A DNA stretch of 64,000 nt from assembly GCA_963832165.1 (NCBI GenBank), contig CAWHTE010000001.1, positions 576,001-640,000 on the forward strand, read 5' to 3'. Numbering within the stretch: position 1 is the first letter of the stretch; every line of letters starts with the position of its first letter. Source of the DNA: an uncultured delta proteobacterium. GTDB taxonomy: Bacteria > Myxococcota_A > UBA9160 > SMWR01. Positions 43,357-52,192 of this stretch are shown in pieces. The translations under genes and the position numbers were made by a program. Under the pieces are notes generated by a model. That model was not told the origin of the DNA. It searched no databases and saw only the letters and a list, made by a program, of their open reading frames with translations.

Positions 43357-43956
43357 ATGCCGAGCTATGACCGACCCTATTTCGAGAGCCCGCGCGAGCG
43401 GGAGCGGCGCTATCGAGACCGAGACGCGGATCGCTCCTTCGGCCGGCGCGGATATGGCCGCCGGGATGACGACGACGACCGGGGCTCCTGGATCTCGCGC
43501 GACCGCGGCGATTTCGAGTCCGGGCGGCGGCGGCGCTTCGACGAGTTCGAAGATTGGCAGAGACCCCGCGAGCTCGCGGAATTCGAGCCGAGCGGAGATT
43601 TCGGGCGCTCCCATGCCCGGGCATCGCGGAGCCGCTCGATCGGCCGCGACCGCGATCCGTCGCAGGGCCGCTTCACGGGTCGCGGCCCGAAGGGCTATCA
43701 GCGCTCCGACGAGCGTCTGCGGGAGGACGTTTGCGATCGCTTGACCGTCGATTCCGAAATCGACGCAAGCAACATCGAAGTGTCGGTGCGGGATGGCGAA
43801 GTGACGCTCGACGGCAGCGTGCCCGACCGCTTCATGAAGCGCGCTTCCGAAGACTGCATCGAGAACATCTCCGGCGTGAAACAGGTCCACAACCGCGTGC
43901 GAGTCGAGGCCAACGACGAGGATCGCGCGGAAGTGCGCGATCCGGGCTTCTCGTAG
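43357..43956 (+). CDS. BON-domain protein with an Arg/Asp-rich N-terminus
   Basis: GRGPKGYQRSDERLREDVCDRL...GEVTLDGSV...GVKQVHNRVRV. Confidence 0.92.
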   Translation: MPSYDRPYFESPRERERRYRDRDADRSFGRRGYGRRDDDDDRGSWISRDRGDFESGRRRRFDEFEDWQRPRELAEFEPSGDFGRSHARASRSRSIGRDRDPSQGRFTGRGPKGYQRSDERLREDVCDRLTVDSEIDASNIEVSVRDGEVTLDGSVPDRFMKRASEDCIENISGVKQVHNRVRVEANDEDRAEVRDPGFS

Positions 43957-44086
43957 TCTCGGCTCGCCTTCTACGAAGGTGACCTCTTCGGCGCGCGAGA
44001 TCGGACGCCAAGTAGCTTTTCGCCTGCGGCGGTCGCACTATGTTCGGGCCCGTCGGCCCTCGCGACGCCACGAACAGGACACCCGG

Positions 44087-45290
44087 TTGCAATCGCGCGC
44101 TCGATCGCTTGCGGCGGCGTTGATCCCGTTGCTCCTCGCGCAGGCTGTTCTGGCCGTTGCGATGCTCGGCGCGTGGTACGTCTTCCGGAGGAACTTCCCG
44201 GCGCGTTATGCGGCGGTCGAGCAGGTCGTCCTCGAAACGCTGGCTGGGTCCGGACTATCTCGGAGACGGGCGCCCCGCATCAGAGCTCTTGCTCTGTTAT
44301 CCGATGGGGATCGCATTCGATCGCGACGGTGCACTGCTGATCTCCGACCGCGGCCGCGACCGCCGCGGCCGCGTCGTGTGGCGGATCGATTCCGAAGGGA
44401 TCGCCCACATCGTCGCCGGAACCGGGCTGCGAGGCACCGCGGTCGGAGATCGCGCGCTGGAGCTGGACTTCGAGAAGCCCGAGAGCATCGCGGTCGCTCC
44501 CGATGGGAGCTTCTTCCTCTCCGACGGCCAGAACCACGTCGTCTATCGGATCCACCGCGACGGAGCCGCCGAGCGGTTCGCGGGCACAGGCTCGCCGGGC
44601 TACTCCGGCGATGGAGGCCCGGCCCGCGATGCGATGCTCTACCGGCCCGCCGATCTGCGTCTCGACGCGCAAGGCAACCTGTTCATTGCGGACGTCCGCA
44701 ATCACCGCATTCGCGTGGTCGATCCCTCCGGGCGCATAACGACGGTGGCGGGCACCGGCGAGCCGGGCTTCAGCCCCGACGGCACGCCTGCGATCCAGGC
44801 CCGGCTCGACACGCCGTGGGGGATCGGGCTCGACCTCCAGGGTCGATTGTTGATCGGCGACGGCGCGAATCACCGCGTGCGCCGCGTCGAGGACGACGGC
44901 CGACTCGTCACGATTGCGGGCAACGGCCGCCCCGGATTCGACGGCGACGGCGGACCCGCGACGCAAGCCAGTCTGAATTGGCCCGAGGCCCTGTCCGTGG
45001 ATCCGAGCGGGCGGCTGTTCCTCGGAGACGAGAACAACAATTCGGTACGTGTCGTCGACACCGATGGAACAATTTCGACGCTGATGGGCACGGGGTTTCC
45101 CGGCAAGGCGATGATCGGCGGGGTCGCGCAGAGGTCGCCGCTCGACGATCCCGAGAGCGTGCTGCCCACCGCCGACGGTTTGATCGTCGTGGATGGCAAC
45201 AACGGGCGCGTGATCCGCATCGCGAACAATGGAATCATCGAGCTCGTGGCCGGTCGCGGCGAGATCGCGCCGTGCACGCCGATGCGATGA
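44087..45290 (+). CDS. Membrane-anchored NHL-repeat protein; frameshift at about 44236; start approximate
   Basis: N-terminal TM segment, then repeats such as AGTGSPGYSGDGGPA...LFIADVRNHRIR. Confidence 0.8.
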
Positions 45291-45315
45291 CGGTGCACCG
45301 GCGCGCGTACCGACG

Positions 45316-46479
45316 TCAGAGCGAGAGCTGGTAGACCTTCGCCGCGTTCTCGTAGAGCAGCTTGCGCTGCACGCGGGGCGCGAGGCCCAGCAGGCTCCGC
45401 TCTTTCGTCTCCTTCACGCCGGGATAGAGGCAGGTGGCGTGCGGGAAGTCCGTCTCGAACATCAGGTTGTCTTCGCCGATCCACTCGATCGCGGGTCCTG
45501 GATTGCTCTCGAACCAGTACGAGCCGTAGATCTGGCGCCGGAAGTACTCCGTCGGGCGCAGCTTCACGTCGTCGACGCCGTTCTCGATGAATTGATAGTC
45601 GAGACTCTCGAGCATGAACGGCAGCCAGCCGATCCCGCTCTCGACCGACACGAACTTGAGTCGCGGGAAGCGGTCGAGCAGGCCGCTCGAGATCAGGTTC
45701 ACGATGCACACGAGGTTGCCCATCTGCGCCATCGTGGAGAGCGCAGCGAACCCGCGCGCGGGCGGGTACTCACCCCAGAGGCGCATCGGCCCGCCGCCGC
45801 TGCCGATGTGGAAGTTGACCGGCACGCCGCGCGCCTGCGCGGCGTCCCAGAGCGGATCCCACCGCGGATCCGCGAGCGGCGGGAGGCCCCACGGCTGTGT
45901 GAAGTCGGTGATCACGATGCCGGTGAGGCCGAGCTCGTCCTGCGCCCGCTCGAGCTCCTTCACCGCGGCAGGTACGTCCCAGATCGGCAGCATCGCCTGC
46001 GGAAGCAGACGTCCGCCGCTCTCCGCCTGCAGGTCACCGCCTGCGTCGTTGTAGGCGGTGACGCAGAACGCGCGGTGCTCGACGTCTTTGATGTTCATCA
46101 CGAGGTTGCCCGCGAAGCCGAGGATGTTCGGGTAGACGATCTGCAGGGTGAGCCCGTGCTCGTCCATGTAGGCGAGCCGAGGCTCCACCTCGATCGCTCC
46201 GGGGTGCACCTCCGCGAAGGTGTCGAACGCGATCCGCGCCATCGTCTTGCTGCCGTCGGGGCGGATCGAGGCGTACCCCACCGCGCCCATCACCTGGCCG
46301 TCCTCGATCACCCACTGCTCGACGCCTGCGTCGTTCTTGCGCACGCGCAGCGCGCGGTCCTTGAGCTTGCCCGGCGCGCGCGACGTCCACAGATCGGGCG
46401 GCTCGGTCCAGTGGGAGTCCACGTCGATCACGGGCATGCGCGCGACGTCGTCCGTCGTCGACGTTCTTTCGTCGGTCAT
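45316..46479 (-). CDS. Amidohydrolase_2 family protein
   Basis: IDVDSH, NFHIG, VESGIGW, FETDFPH. Confidence 0.92.
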   Translation of the reverse strand: MTDERTSTTDDVARMPVIDVDSHWTEPPDLWTSRAPGKLKDRALRVRKNDAGVEQWVIEDGQVMGAVGYASIRPDGSKTMARIAFDTFAEVHPGAIEVEPRLAYMDEHGLTLQIVYPNILGFAGNLVMNIKDVEHRAFCVTAYNDAGGDLQAESGGRLLPQAMLPIWDVPAAVKELERAQDELGLTGIVITDFTQPWGLPPLADPRWDPLWDAAQARGVPVNFHIGSGGGPMRLWGEYPPARGFAALSTMAQMGNLVCIVNLISSGLLDRFPRLKFVSVESGIGWLPFMLESLDYQFIENGVDDVKLRPTEYFRRQIYGSYWFESNPGPAIEWIGEDNLMFETDFPHATCLYPGVKETKERSLLGLAPRVQRKLLYENAAKVYQLSL

Positions 46480-46572
46480 GGAGAATTCCTCGTGGGCGTT
46501 GCGGGCCTGTCATTGTAGTTCACATCACCTCGACGCGATGTGGTACATCTGCGAGGTCGCAAAGGAGCCGCG

Positions 46573-47628
46573 ATGATTCTCGAACGACTCGATCCCACCG
46601 CCGACGAGTTTGCGCGCGGCACGGGCTGGGAGCTCAAACCCGAAGGCGCGTGTAAAGCCGAAATCTGCATTCCGCTGCCGAAGGATGCGCGACGACCGGA
46701 TGGGCGCGTCAACGTGTCAGTCATGGCTGACGCGCTCGGCATGGCGATCGTCGCGGACGAGCAGCACGGCCTCTGGTCGCTCGGCCCGATGTCGGGCGGG
46801 CGCGCTCTCGCGACGGCGGTGGTTCCCGAGATCACGCTGCCCGATCGCGACGGGAATCCGTTCCGGCTCGGCTCGCTCAAGGGCACCAAGGTCTTCATGT
46901 GCGCATGGGCGAGCTGGTGAGGCTGCCGCATGGACCTGCCCGTGTGGCAGGCAGTGCGCGAGGAGCTGCGCCCGCTCGGGCTCGAGATCGTTGCGGTCGC
47001 GATGGACACGAACTTCGAAGCGGCGTACCCGTGGATCGACGCCGCGAAGACGACCTATCCGCAGCTGCTCGACGCCGAGCACTCACTCGGCGCGCGGCTC
47101 GGCATCATCAACGTGCCCATGGGCGTCTGGATCGACGAGGAAGGCGTGCTCGTGCGCCCCGCGGAGCCGTGCTTCGCGCCGCGTGAGCGCGGCTTCGGGG
47201 GCATGAAGCTTCCCGAAGACGCGCCCCAGCGCATGAAGGACATGCTCGCGGAGGCGGCCAAGCTCGACGTCGACACGCGCACCTACGCTGCCGCGCTGCG
47301 CGACTGGGTGCGCCTCGGCAGCGAGAGCCGCTACGCGCTTTCGCCCGACGAGGTCGTGCAGCGCTCGGCTCCGCGACCCGTGGAAGTGTCGCTCGCCGCG
47401 GCCAACTTCGAGATGGGGCAGCACCTCCACCGCACGGGCCGTGTCGACGCCGCGCGTCCGTTCTTCCGCGCCGCGCACCGACTCCAGCCCGAGAACTGGA
47501 CCTACAAGCGCCAGGCCTGGAGCATGGTCGACCCGCTCCAGGGCCCCACCGAGCACTACGACAGCGATTGGCTCAGCGACGTGCGGAAGATCGGCGCGCA
47601 GAACTACTACCCGAAGCTCGACATGTGA
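46573..47628 (+). CDS. TlpA/ResA-like thioredoxin-fold selenoprotein (WASW-U-GC), 351 aa, Sec at codon 116
   Basis: The two ORFs (ending 46920 and starting 46930) are in one frame separated only by TGA-GGC-TGC-CGC. The TGA sits at the redox Cys position. RBS AAAGGAG. Confidence 0.88.
46918..46954 (+). promoter_or_regulatory. Bacterial SECIS-like hairpin
   Basis: Stem CCTGCC(46935-40)/GGCAGG(46946-51) with loop CGTGT starting 21 nt after the UGA; possible lower stem CTGC/GCAG. Confidence 0.7.
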
Positions 47629-47640
47629 AACGCGCCGGAG

Positions 47641-48538
47641 CTAGTCGCCGTCCTTCTCGATCTTCACACCGCCGCTGAAGCTCTCGATCGAGATCCGCGC
47701 ATCGCCGTCGCCGACCACGAACGAGAGGGGCCGGCCCGGGCCGTAGTTCGAGCCGTGGCCATTCTCGTCGCCGGTGAGTCGCGACGTGAAGTCCGACTGG
47801 ATGCCGCCGCTGAAGCTCTGCACCTCGAAGCGCGCCGAGGTGCCGCCGGGCAGGCGCAGCTCCACCGGTCCGCTGAAGCTGCGCGCGTTCACCCGCGCTC
47901 CCTTCGCGAGCGAGGATTCGAGCTTGATCTCGCCCGCCATCGTGCGCAGGTCGGCGCGCTCGATCTCCTCGCCCTCCACTTGGATACGGCCGCTCACCGT
48001 CGTGGCCTGCACTTCGCCGCTCACACCCTTGAGCTCGATCTCGCCGTTGAGCGTCTTCGCCACCACCTCGCTGCGCTCGCCCTCGAACTTGATCGGAGCG
48101 TTCATCGTCTCGAGATAGGCCTCCTCCGGGGCGCCCTTCACCTCGATCTCGCCGTTCGCTGCGTGCAGGTCGAGCTCGCCCTCGACACCCTCCGCCTTGA
48201 TCGCGCCGTTGATCGTGCGCGCCGTGATACGGCTCTTCCGCGGCAGCTCGATCTGGATCTCGACTTCGACCGGCTGCTTCCACGCCTGCCAGCTCATGTG
48301 ACGGGGCGCGCAACGATACGCGCCGACGGGACCCCTTCGCGTCGATCTCGCCCTCTGCGCGCACGCGCAGCTCGTTCGTGTCGATCCCGCGCAGCTCGAT
48401 CCGCCCCGACATGATCTCGATGTCCACGCGCACGTCGGGCTCCACTTCGAAGGTCTGTTCGAACGGATCGGCGCGGACGACACCCGCGACCAGACACGAC
48501 GTGCAGATCGCCGATACGACCCACATTCCCCGATTCAT
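47641..48538 (-). CDS. DUF4097 beta-strand repeat protein (exported); frameshift at about 48305
   Basis: Signal peptide and repeats ARTINGAI, KTLNGEI, TTVSGRI, QSFSGGI. Confidence 0.85.
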
Positions 48539-49143
48539 GACTGCGCCTCCGGATCGCGCGAGCTCGTCCACCACTCGAGCTGCTCGAGCATGTCCGCCTC
48601 GCGGCGATAGGCCTCGGCGAGCAGGAACTGCAGCGCCGCGTTGTTCGGGTGCTCCTGGAACGCGAGGTGGATCTCGGCGATCGAGCGGTCGATCTCGGTG
48701 AGATTCTTCTCGACCGCCGACACCACCTCGGGCGGCAGCTGCGCGCGCCGCTCGTCGAGCAGCGCGAGCAGGTCCTGGCGCATGGCGCCCATGCCATCGC
48801 GATCGCGCAGCGAGTCGGCGATCGCGCGGACCGTGGCCGGATCGTCGAGCGAGGGCGCTCCGCTCAGCCACAGGCCGGTGCCGATCGACGTCGCGAGCAG
48901 GAGCACGGCCGCGGCGGACGCGGCCCACACGGGTACCTGCAATCGCGAGCGCCACACCCGCGCTCGCGCGGGGGCGCCAGCGCCCTGCATCTCGATGCGG
49001 TTGCGGATGCCGAGCCAGAGGTCGCGCTCGGGCTCGATCTCGCGCGGCAGCGTGCGCGCGCGCTCGAGCAGCGCGTCGGTCGCGGCCTGCTCTTCGACCG
49101 TGAGCGGTTTGGGTGCGCGTCGCCAGCGCAGGATGTTCTTCAT
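48535..49143 (-). CDS. Putative anti-sigma factor (single TM)
   Basis: LPREIEPERDLWLGI followed by a TM segment. ATGA overlaps with both neighbours. Confidence 0.75.
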   Translation of the reverse strand: MKNILRWRRAPKPLTVEEQAATDALLERARTLPREIEPERDLWLGIRNRIEMQGAGAPARARVWRSRLQVPVWAASAAAVLLLATSIGTGLWLSGAPSLDDPATVRAIADSLRDRDGMGAMRQDLLALLDERRAQLPPEVVSAVEKNLTEIDRSIAEIHLAFQEHPNNAALQFLLAEAYRREADMLEQLEWWTSSRDPEAQS

Positions 49144-49685
49144 CGAGAGAGCTCCTCTCGCAAGAGCCGGCGCGCGCGGTGCAGGTGGGCCTTCGAGGTT
49201 CCCACCGCGAGGCCCGTCATCTCCGCGATCTCGTCGTGCTTGTAGCCCTCGACGTCGTGCAGCACGAAGATCAGGCGCGCCTGGGGTGACAGATTCGCAA
49301 CCGCGCGCTCGAGGTCGAGGTCGCCGCCCGGCGAGAACGCGGGCACCGCGATCCCGACGTCGTCGGACTCCTGTGCGACGAAGCGCTCTCTCCAGCGGCC
49401 GCGTCGCCGCAGCTCGCCGATCACCACGTTCACGGTCACGCGGTGCAGCCAGGTCGAGAAGGCGCTGTCGCCGCGGTACGTGCCCAGGCGCTCCCACACG
49501 CGCACGAACGTCTCCTGCGTGAGCTCGTCGGCTTCGCTGCGGTCGCGCGCCATGCGTAGACAGAGGGCGTGGACGCGTCCCGTGTGCTGGCGGTAGAGCA
49601 TCTCGAAGGCCTCGACCTCGCCTGCGGCGGCGCGGCGCACGAGTTCGTCGCCACGTTCTGTGCGATCGATGTGCGGCTCGCTCAA
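49140..49685 (-). CDS. ECF RNA polymerase sigma factor
   Basis: ELTQETFVRVW...FSTWLHRV; LHDVEGYKHDEIA...GTSKAHLHRAR. Confidence 0.95.
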   Translation of the reverse strand: MSEPHIDRTERGDELVRRAAAGEVEAFEMLYRQHTGRVHALCLRMARDRSEADELTQETFVRVWERLGTYRGDSAFSTWLHRVTVNVVIGELRRRGRWRERFVAQESDDVGIAVPAFSPGGDLDLERAVANLSPQARLIFVLHDVEGYKHDEIAEMTGLAVGTSKAHLHRARRLLREELSR

Positions 49686-49727
49686 CGCCGTGTCTCGTTC
49701 GTCCGGGCTCGTCCCGGACCTCTCTAC

Positions 49728-49778
49728 GATGCTCGGATAGCGCCGAAAGGTTTAAACCAAACTAGGGCCGGGGCCGTC
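49728..49778. promoter_or_regulatory. Back-to-back ECF-type promoters sharing the palindrome GGTTTAAACC
   Basis: Plus strand: TAAACC-N16-CGTC. Minus strand: TAAACC-N17-CATC. Confidence 0.65.
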
Positions 49779-49809
49779 AGAGGGGGCGAAATGCTTTTCG
49801 GAGGGCGCG

Positions 49810-50148
49810 ATGACGGAGATCCTGGCTGTTTCGGAGCGGGGGCGCCTCGTGATCGACGCCTGGGCCGGCTCGGTGAACGTGAGCGCTGGCCGCGGCGGGG
49901 CCGTGGGAGTCGCCGTGAGGTGCCGCGGGGTCCTGCCCGCTCCCGCGCTCGAGATCGAGCGCGATGGTGACGACGTCTACGTCGAGGCGCGCAGCACGCC
50001 GCGCCTGCAGTGGCTGCCGCTCTGGGTGTGGCGCCAGGCGCAGATCGAGGTGAGCGTGCCCGCCCGTTATTCGGTGGACGTGGCGACGAGCGGAGGGCGC
50101 GTCGAGATCCACGGCTTCGAGGGCGAGGTGGCGGTGCGGAACGTATAG
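49810..50148 (+). CDS. DUF4097-like protein, apparently truncated
   Basis: IEVSVPARYSVDVATSGGRVEI...; stops after the first repeat, 3 bp from the HNH gene's stop. Confidence 0.55.
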   Translation: MTEILAVSERGRLVIDAWAGSVNVSAGRGGAVGVAVRCRGVLPAPALEIERDGDDVYVEARSTPRLQWLPLWVWRQAQIEVSVPARYSVDVATSGGRVEIHGFEGEVAVRNV

Positions 50149-50151
50149 CGA

Positions 50152-51873
50152 TCAGCCCATACCCACCCGCACTTCTCCCGAGCGGTAGACCGCCAGCGGC
50201 GGAGCATCGCTGCGCAGGCCGAGTTCGAAGCGCAGCCCGTCGGGCGCGATGCCCGTGCAGCGAAGGACATGCCGGTGCACACCGCGCTCATGATGCCAGG
50301 CACAGAGCGTGGTGAGATTCGAGTCCTGGTTCGAGCCGCGGTGCGAGCGGAACACGATGTGGTGGCGGTGCAGGTTTCGATACGACGTGCACCCCGGCGC
50401 CGTGCAGCGCCAGCCGTCGCGTTCGAACACCCGGTAGTCGCGGCGGGTGCGTTCATTTGCCCGCCATGTCGCGAGCGCAAGGTCGAGCATTGCCTCGAGC
50501 GCATCGCTTGGGCGGCACGGGCGCCTGCGGATGCGCTCTAGCCGGCGCTGCACGGTAGCGAGCACCGCGCGGAACAGCTGCACCACCTCGGGAACGGCGC
50601 TGAAGAGGAGGCGTTCACTCTCCTTTTCGAGGCGTGCATCGGCACCCGTTTGGAGACCCGCGGGGTCGCGTTCGGCATCGCGCTGCTCCAGGGTCGCTGC
50701 GAGCGCTGGCGGCGTGAATTCGCCCAGCGTGAGCGCGCGCTCCACGTCGTCGCCGAGCCGGCGCGCGGTTACGCGCTGCGTATGGGCGATCCAGTCGCCG
50801 CGGTAGCGCGCCGCTCTGGGCTCGAGGAACAGCGGCACGAGGGCATGGGCCTGCACCCAGATCCGCCCCTCGGCGAAGTCCGCTCGCAGCGGTGCACACA
50901 CGCGCGCCGCGCGCTCGAAGCGCAAGAGTGCCCGCGCGCGGCTCGGCGCCATGCCGAGCCGTTCCTCGGCGTAGGCATCCACGCTGCGGAAGCCGAGGTT
51001 TCGGTGCAGGCCCCACGACACGACGTCGCAGAGCAGCGCCGCGACGCGCGCGTGCCCGCGCGCTTCCATGCGCACCGCACGCTGCAGGCGCCGATCGAGC
51101 TCGAAGGCGTCGGCGGATTCGAGGTCGCGCTCCAGAGCGGCGACGTTTGGATCAGTCGGGAAGGGAACCATCGCTGGCAGCCGTGGAAGGCGGGATCCGC
51201 CTTCGGCACCTGGGGTGCCTTCGGCTTCTCCCGCCCTACGAAGACAAGGTTCCTCCGAAGCTGAACTCTCGATGGGCACCGCTGACAGAACCTTGGCCGC
51301 GAGCACCTCCGCGAATGCGCTGTTCGAGAGCGCGTGACCCGCCACCCGGTTCGCGACCTGCCGCGCGCTCCACCAGCGCGCCCGCGCGCGTGGCGTGACC
51401 CGCAGCACCGCTCTCTGCGTCGAGCGGCTCGCGCGCGCACCGATCCACCACGCGCACCTCGCGCGCGAGCGCACGAGCGGTGAGCGACTTCGCCAACCTT
51501 GAGCCAGTGCTCTTCTCTCTGTCGTTGCCACGCGGCACAAGAGGCGCACTTGGGTCCACCCGATCTCGCCGGTGCGGAATGCGGCATCGAGCACGGGCAG
51601 TCGCGCGAGCGCCCCGCCTACTGCGGCCAGGTCGCGCAGCTCGCGCCCCGAGATCCCCGCGCGCTCGACCGCATAATCTCCGGACCGCGCAAACCCGAGT
51701 CGCTCCCAGCCGCGCACGGCGACCATCCGATCCGCCACGCGCGCGAGCGCGCGCCGCAGCGCCGAAGGAGCGCGCGCTTCGGCAACCAGACGTGTCTCCA
51801 GATCACGCGGCTCGCGCGACCACGCGCGGCGCACCGCAGGCTGCGGCGCAGCGACCGGGGCCACCGCCGACAT
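50152..51873 (-). CDS. DUF222-like/HNH endonuclease (REP13E12-like), with compensating frameshifts around 51400-51520
   Basis: VFERDGWRCTAPGC...HHIVFRSHRG...NLTTLCAWHH. Protein-like text switches frame near 51.4-51.5 kb. Confidence 0.8.
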   Translation of the reverse strand: MSAVAPVAAPQPAVRRAWSREPRDLETRLVAEARAPSALRRALARVADRMVAVRGWERLGFARSGDYAVERAGISGRELRDLAAVGGALARLPVLDAAFRTGEIGWTQVRLLCRVATTERRALAQGWRSRSPLVRSRARCAWWIGARASRSTQRAVLRVTPRARARWWSARQVANRVAGHALSNSAFAEVLAAKVLSAVPIESSASEEPCLRRAGEAEGTPGAEGGSRLPRLPAMVPFPTDPNVAALERDLESADAFELDRRLQRAVRMEARGHARVAALLCDVVSWGLHRNLGFRSVDAYAEERLGMAPSRARALLRFERAARVCAPLRADFAEGRIWVQAHALVPLFLEPRAARYRGDWIAHTQRVTARRLGDDVERALTLGEFTPPALAATLEQRDAERDPAGLQTGADARLEKESERLLFSAVPEVVQLFRAVLATVQRRLERIRRRPCRPSDALEAMLDLALATWRANERTRRDYRVFERDGWRCTAPGCTSYRNLHRHHIVFRSHRGSNQDSNLTTLCAWHHERGVHRHVLRCTGIAPDGLRFELGLRSDAPPLAVYRSGEVRVGMG

Positions 51874-52192
51874 CCGAGCACCTCGCTTTCGGGGCGAGGA
51901 CCCGAACCTACGCCGACGGTGTGACGGATGCGGTCATACGCGCCGAGGAATTCGCGTGCGCTCGAATCTCATCGTGTTCGGCGAGCCGCGCGGTCAGGGT
52001 GAACGCCCGGTCTCGAGACCGTCGCCCGCGCATGTCTAACACCGACGGACCTCTGCGCGCACGACTTCGACCCACGCAGTCGCCACGCCGCAATCGATGC
52101 GGCCGATGAACCGCCGACCTGGGCTCGCGCCCGATTCCCGGAGTCGCTTCTCAACGCGATTCCTGGGTCGGGCTCCTAGTCGAGCGCGCGAG

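Noticed and set aside
52034..52100. GTCTAAC resembling an integron attC core (also GACTAAC near 54180 and GTTAGTC near 22500)
   Set aside because: No complementary partner box forming a full attC, no cassette array and no integrase.
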